DNA of 20,000 bases from Chiloscyllium plagiosum. Its lineage: Eukaryota. The stretch's first letter is position 1; each line of letters starts with the position of its first letter. The stretch spans positions 34,631,647 through 34,651,646 of the forward strand of contig NC_057720.1 in assembly GCF_004010195.1 (NCBI RefSeq). Direction: 5' to 3'. The translations under genes were made by a program, and so were the position numbers. Below the pieces are notes generated by a model. It was not told where the DNA came from. It ran no database searches and saw only the letters and a list, made by a program, of their open reading frames with translations. Positions 19,585 to 20,000 of this stretch are shown here, in pieces.

Positions 19585-20000
19585 CAAAAAACATAGAACA
19601 TTGAAAATAGAAGAATACAGCGCAGTACAGGCCCTTCGGCCCTCGATGTTGCGCCAATCCAACCTACACTAGCCCACTATCCTCCATATGCCTATCCAAT
19701 GCCCGCTTAAATGCCCATAATGAGGGAGAGTCCACCACTGCTACTGGCAGGGCATTCCATGAACTCACGACTCGCTGAGTAAAGAACCTACCCCTAACAT
19801 CTGTCCTAGACCTACCCCCCCTTAATTTAAAGCTATGCCCCCTTGTAATAGCTGACTCCATACGAGGAAAAAGATTCTCACTGTCGACCCTATCTAAACC
19901 CCTAATCATCTTATACACCTCTATCAAGTCACCCCTAAACCTTCTTTTCTCCAATGAAAACAACCCCAAGTGCCTCAGCCTCTCCTCATACGATCTTTCT
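19585..20000 (-). mobile_element. CR1 LINE 3' end (ORF2 C-terminus, 3' UTR, tail), running off the window end
   Basis: LGLFSLEKRRFRGDLIEVYKM...TRGHSFKL...FFTQRVVSSWNALP...FKRALD, then GGGCCGAAGGGCCTGT and a TTCTAT-type tail. Confidence 0.92.

Noticed and set aside
1..20000. Prokaryotic systems (CRISPR, retron, operon) or endogenous retrovirus env
   Set aside because: There is no repeat-spacer array or intact gene cluster. All RTs are eukaryotic Gypsy, PLE or LINE types, and only about 175 bp separate pol from the PPT.

Overview
This is repeat-saturated vertebrate genomic DNA, most likely a shark or other cartilaginous fish (HE1-like tRNA-derived V-SINEs plus HER1/CR1 LINEs sharing their 3' tail; inference). 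No intact host gene was found. The window holds a deep nest of decayed retroelements. An old Gypsy PR-RT remnant (11361-12248) is interrupted by Gypsy element A, whose 5' LTR (762-1077 + 10573-11360) is split by a CR1 LINE. That CR1 is split by a near full-length Gmr1-like Gypsy B (2085-9548; gag with SCAN-like capsid, PR-IN-RT-RH order, tRNA-Pro PBS). The RT of B is split by a Penelope-like element (3291-4992, 9-bp TSD), which itself carries a CR1 3' fragment (4123-4381, 6-bp TSD). The right half has an old LINE, three HE1 SINEs in total, a solo LTR with an ATTA TSD and a CR1 with an apparently inverted 5' half. The most notable signal is four same-strand Penelope termini with hammerhead-ribozyme-like cores; three are ~80-105 bp mini-insertions whose 5' ends fall at the ribozyme motif. 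All calls come from manual reading, and boundaries without TSDs are approximate.
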